A stretch of 64,000 nt of DNA from an uncultured Actinomycetota bacterium (GTDB lineage: Bacteria; Actinomycetota; Actinomycetes; Prado026), in assembly GCA_963771835.1 (NCBI GenBank), contig CAVYVA010000001.1, positions 1,013,347-1,077,346 of the forward strand, read 5' to 3'. The notes beneath the pieces are model-generated. The model saw only the letters and a program-made list of their open reading frames with translations, was not told the origin of the DNA and ran no database searches. Below, in pieces: positions 61,332 to 64,000 of this stretch. A program made the position numbers and the translations under genes. Position 1 is the stretch's first letter, and each line of letters begins with the position of its first letter.

Positions 61332-62084
61332 ATGCCTGGTCTGCTGCTCTGCGCCCTGCTCGCGCTCCTCGCCGGTGCTGGGGGCGCAGCCCCGGTCGCA
61401 GCTCCCGTCGGGCCCGGCGCGCCGTGGGCCGCACCCGTCGGGCCGCCGCTCCTGGTGCTGCGTCCTTTCGCCGCGCCGCCAGCCGCCGCACCGTGGCTGC
61501 CCGGCCACCGAGGGGTCGACCTGGCCGCGGCCGCGGGGGGCGCGGTCCGGGCCGACGCGGCCGGGCGGGTGACGTTCGCCGGGACGGTGGCCGGTCAGGG
61601 CGTCGTCGTGGTGGCCCACTCGGCCCGCCTGCGGAGCACCTTCGAGCCGGTCCGGCCGACCGTCCGGACCGGTGACACGGTCCTGGCCGGAGCCCGCCTC
61701 GGGCGGCTGGCCGTGGTCACCGGACCCCCTGGGCCGGGGCCGCGCTGCCCGGGTCGCCCGTGCCTGCACTGGGGGATGCTGCTCGACGGGCGGTACGTCG
61801 ACCCGCTGGTGGTCAGCGGGCTCCAGGCGGCGCCGGTCGCGGGCACCGCCCGGCTGCTCCCGCTGGTCGGGCCACCGATGGGTCCGGGCGCGGCGCCCGG
61901 ACCCCGTGCACCGGGCGGCTGGGCGGCAGCGGCCGCCGGGATGCTGGGCGGCGGCGCGCCGGGGCCTCCCGGAGGTGCCGTGGCAGCGACGGTCGGCGCG
62001 GCCGTGACCTCCGTCGGCGCCGGAGCGGTCGCCGCAGGGCTGCGCCTGCGGCGACGCCGGGCGATGGTCCGCGCGGGGCCTTAG
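61332..62084 (+). CDS. M23 family metallopeptidase (LytM-like), secreted
   Basis: Signal-like [17 protein letters not shown], then [30 protein letters not shown]....GVVVVAH (the HxxxD-type M23 core) and [13 protein letters not shown]. Divergent from rpsB. Confidence 0.75.
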   Translation: MPGLLLCALLALLAGAGGAAPVAAPVGPGAPWAAPVGPPLLVLRPFAAPPAAAPWLPGHRGVDLAAAAGGAVRADAAGRVTFAGTVAGQGVVVVAHSARLRSTFEPVRPTVRTGDTVLAGARLGRLAVVTGPPGPGPRCPGRPCLHWGMLLDGRYVDPLVVSGLQAAPVAGTARLLPLVGPPMGPGAAPGPRAPGGWAAAAAGMLGGGAPGPPGGAVAATVGAAVTSVGAGAVAAGLRLRRRRAMVRAGP

Positions 62085-62094
62085 GGACTGCTGG

Positions 62095-63144
62095 TCAGTC
62101 GCGCTGCTCGGCCAGCTTGCCGCGCAGCTGCAGAACGGCCTTCGTGTGCATCTGGCAGATCCGCGACTCGGTCACGCCCAGGACCTGGCCGATCTCGGCG
62201 AGGGTGAGGCCCTCGTAGTAGTAGAGCGTCACCACGATCTTCTCGCGCTCGGGCAGGGTGTTGATCGCCTTCGCGAGCAGGTACTTGGTCTCCTCGGACT
62301 CGAACGCCGCGACCGGGTCCTCGGCCCTGGTGTCCTCGAGGGTGTCGACCAGGCTGAGCTTGTCGCCCTTCTCGCCGCCCACGTTGAGCAGCTCGTCCAG
62401 CGCGACCACGTTGACGAACGACACCTGGCTGAAGATCGCGTGCAGGTCCTCGAGGCGGATCCCCATCTGGTCGGCGACCTCGGCCTCGGTGGGCGTGCGG
62501 TGCAGCTGCCCCTCCAGCGCGGCGTACGCCTTCTCCACCTCGCGCGCCTTGTAGCGGACCGAGCGCGGGATCCAGTCGATCGCGCGCAGCTCGTCGATGA
62601 TCGCGCCGCGGATGCGGCTGATCGCGTACGTCTCGAACTTGATGGCCCGCTCGAGGTCGAACTTCTCGATCGCGTCGATCAGGCCGAAGATGCCGTACGA
62701 CACCAGGTCGGCCTGCTCGATGTTCGGCGGAAGCCCCACGCCGACGCGGCCGGCGACGTACTTGACCAGCGGCGAGTAGTGCAGGATCAGCCGCTCCCGC
62801 AGCTGCGCGTCACCGCCGGCCTTGAAGCCCTCCCACAGCTCGCGGAGCGCGGCGGCCGCCTCGGCGGGATCGGGCGCCAGGTCTTCGTCGGTCACCTCGA
62901 CGACAGCGGCCACGGCCGCGTCCGGCTCTGCGGCCGCTGCTGCCGACTCGGCGACGGGCTCCGTGGCGTCTTCGGCGGGGGCGTCGCCGGAGTTCGCCGC
63001 TGCGGCGCGCGAGCCGGACGCGGCCCGACCGGTCGCGGGCGCGGCTGAGCGCTTGACCGCCGGGCGGCGGCCGGCCGCGACCCGATGCCGGCTGCTCCAC
63101 GACCGCGAGCTGCTCGTCCTCGGACGCGACGGCGGCGCCGTCAC
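62095..63144 (-). CDS. whiG: FliA/WhiG-type RNA polymerase sigma factor; the N-terminal ~95 aa of the ORF are low-complexity and the start is uncertain
   Basis: [45 protein letters not shown] (region 2), [14 protein letters not shown] (region 3), [41 protein letters not shown] (region 4). Confidence 0.85.
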   Translation of the reverse strand: MTAPPSRPRTSSSRSWSSRHRVAAGRRPAVKRSAAPATGRAASGSRAAAANSGDAPAEDATEPVAESAAAAAEPDAAVAAVVEVTDEDLAPDPAEAAAALRELWEGFKAGGDAQLRERLILHYSPLVKYVAGRVGVGLPPNIEQADLVSYGIFGLIDAIEKFDLERAIKFETYAISRIRGAIIDELRAIDWIPRSVRYKAREVEKAYAALEGQLHRTPTEAEVADQMGIRLEDLHAIFSQVSFVNVVALDELLNVGGEKGDKLSLVDTLEDTRAEDPVAAFESEETKYLLAKAINTLPEREKIVVTLYYYEGLTLAEIGQVLGVTESRICQMHTKAVLQLRGKLAEQRD

Positions 63145-64000
63145 GCTCGGGGGTGCGCCTGCTCATAGGTGGCCTTGAGCCTCTCGACGGAGACATGAGT
63201 GTAGATCTGTGTTGTCGCGAGCGTAGCGTGACCCAGTATCTCCTGGACCGAACGAAGGTCCGCGCCACCCTCGAGAAGATGCGTCGCTGCCGAGTGCCGC
63301 AGTCCGTGCGGACCCAGGTCCGGGGCGCCGGGCACGTCGGCCAGCCGGGCGTGGACCAGCCGACGTACCGCCCGCTGGTCCAGCCGGCCGCCGCGGGAGC
63401 CCAGGAACATCGCCGGCCCGCCAGTCCCTCCGACCAGTCGCCGACGCCCGAGGTCGAGCCACTCCTGGAGGGCGCGCGCCGCCGGCAGCCCGAGGGGGAC
63501 GGTGCGCTCCTTGCGGCCCTTGCCGAGCACACGCACCACGCGCCGCCCGGGGTCGTAGTCGTCGACGTCCAGCCCGACCAGCTCGCCGACGCGGATCCCG
63601 CTCGCGTAGAGCAGCTCCAGGATCGCCCGGTCGCGCAGCCCGACAGCCGAGCCGTCGTCGGCGCCGACCGCCGCGACGTCCATGAGGGCGCGGGCCTGGT
63701 CCTGGCGGAGCACCCCGGGGAGGCTGCGGTGCGGACGGGCCGAACCCAGCAGCAGGCCCGGGTCGGCCGCCAGCAGGCCGCGTCGCCGGCACCAGGCCGT
63801 GAACGCCTTGGCCGACGCAGCCCGGCGGGCCACGCTGGACCGCGCTGAACCGCCGGCGGCCAGTCCGCCGAGCCAGCTGCGCAGCTCGCGGACGTCCAGC
63901 TCCCCCGGACTCGTCAGGCCATGACCGGCCGCGTGCCCGAGCAGGCTGCCGGCATCCCGCACGTACGCACGCACGGTGTGCGGGCTGAGGCCGCGCTCGG
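63141..64000 (-). CDS. xerC: tyrosine recombinase XerC (N-terminus beyond the right edge)
   Basis: ...[16 protein letters not shown]..., [76 protein letters not shown]. Confidence 0.9.
   Translation of the reverse strand, partial: ERGLSPHTVRAYVRDAGSLLGHAAGHGLTSPGELDVRELRSWLGGLAAGGSARSSVARRAASAKAFTAWCRRRGLLAADPGLLLGSARPHRSLPGVLRQDQARALMDVAAVGADDGSAVGLRDRAILELLYASGIRVGELVGLDVDDYDPGRRVVRVLGKGRKERTVPLGLPAARALQEWLDLGRRRLVGGTGGPAMFLGSRGGRLDQRAVRRLVHARLADVPGAPDLGPHGLRHSAATHLLEGGADLRSVQEILGHATLATTQIYTHVSVERLKATYEQAHPRA

Overview
Very high-G+C actinobacterial chromosomal segment; I found no rRNA, tRNA or CRISPR array. The backbone is a conserved, mostly minus-strand housekeeping synteny. On the left it runs infB (5' end only)-ylxR-nusA-rimP ... 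proS ... ispG-rip(M50)-dxr. On the right it runs rlmN-cdsA-frr-pyrH-tsf-rpsB / M23 peptidase / whiG-xerC. Between dxr (10.5 kb) and rlmN (55.5 kb) lie about 45 kb of accessory genes, mostly for di-/polyamine and omega-amino-acid catabolism: gabT, four aldehyde dehydrogenases including mmsA, a second class-III aminotransferase, two PucR regulators, Lrp, agmatinase and an arginase-fold gene, an APC permease, a PotABCD-type importer, two FAD oxidoreductases, and glutaryl-CoA dehydrogenase with a family III CoA-transferase. The same stretch also holds a radical-SAM sulfatase maturase with a Cys-type sulfatase, a SigK/RskA pair, and a translationally coupled glycosyltransferase / Mak-like kinase / SIS operon. 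Most notable findings: (1) A ~3.4 kb lower-GC integrated-element remnant (24776-28261) is bounded by a perfect 35-bp direct repeat that duplicates the 3' end of mmsA. It carries a truncated tyrosine integrase, three 11-bp-phased 9-bp repeats next to attL, and small detox-type cargo genes. (2) About 30 single-base frame disruptions, mostly one extra base, hit at least 17 otherwise well-conserved genes, including essential proS. I read this as consensus/assembly error rather than gene decay, so the 'pseudogene' labels below mean 'frame-disrupted as assembled'. (3) The sulfatase maturase ends in a SEC-C-like zinc motif, and its sulfatase carries a PKD domain plus an uncharacterised C-terminal module. 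All calls come from manual translation and motif recognition only; no database search was possible.
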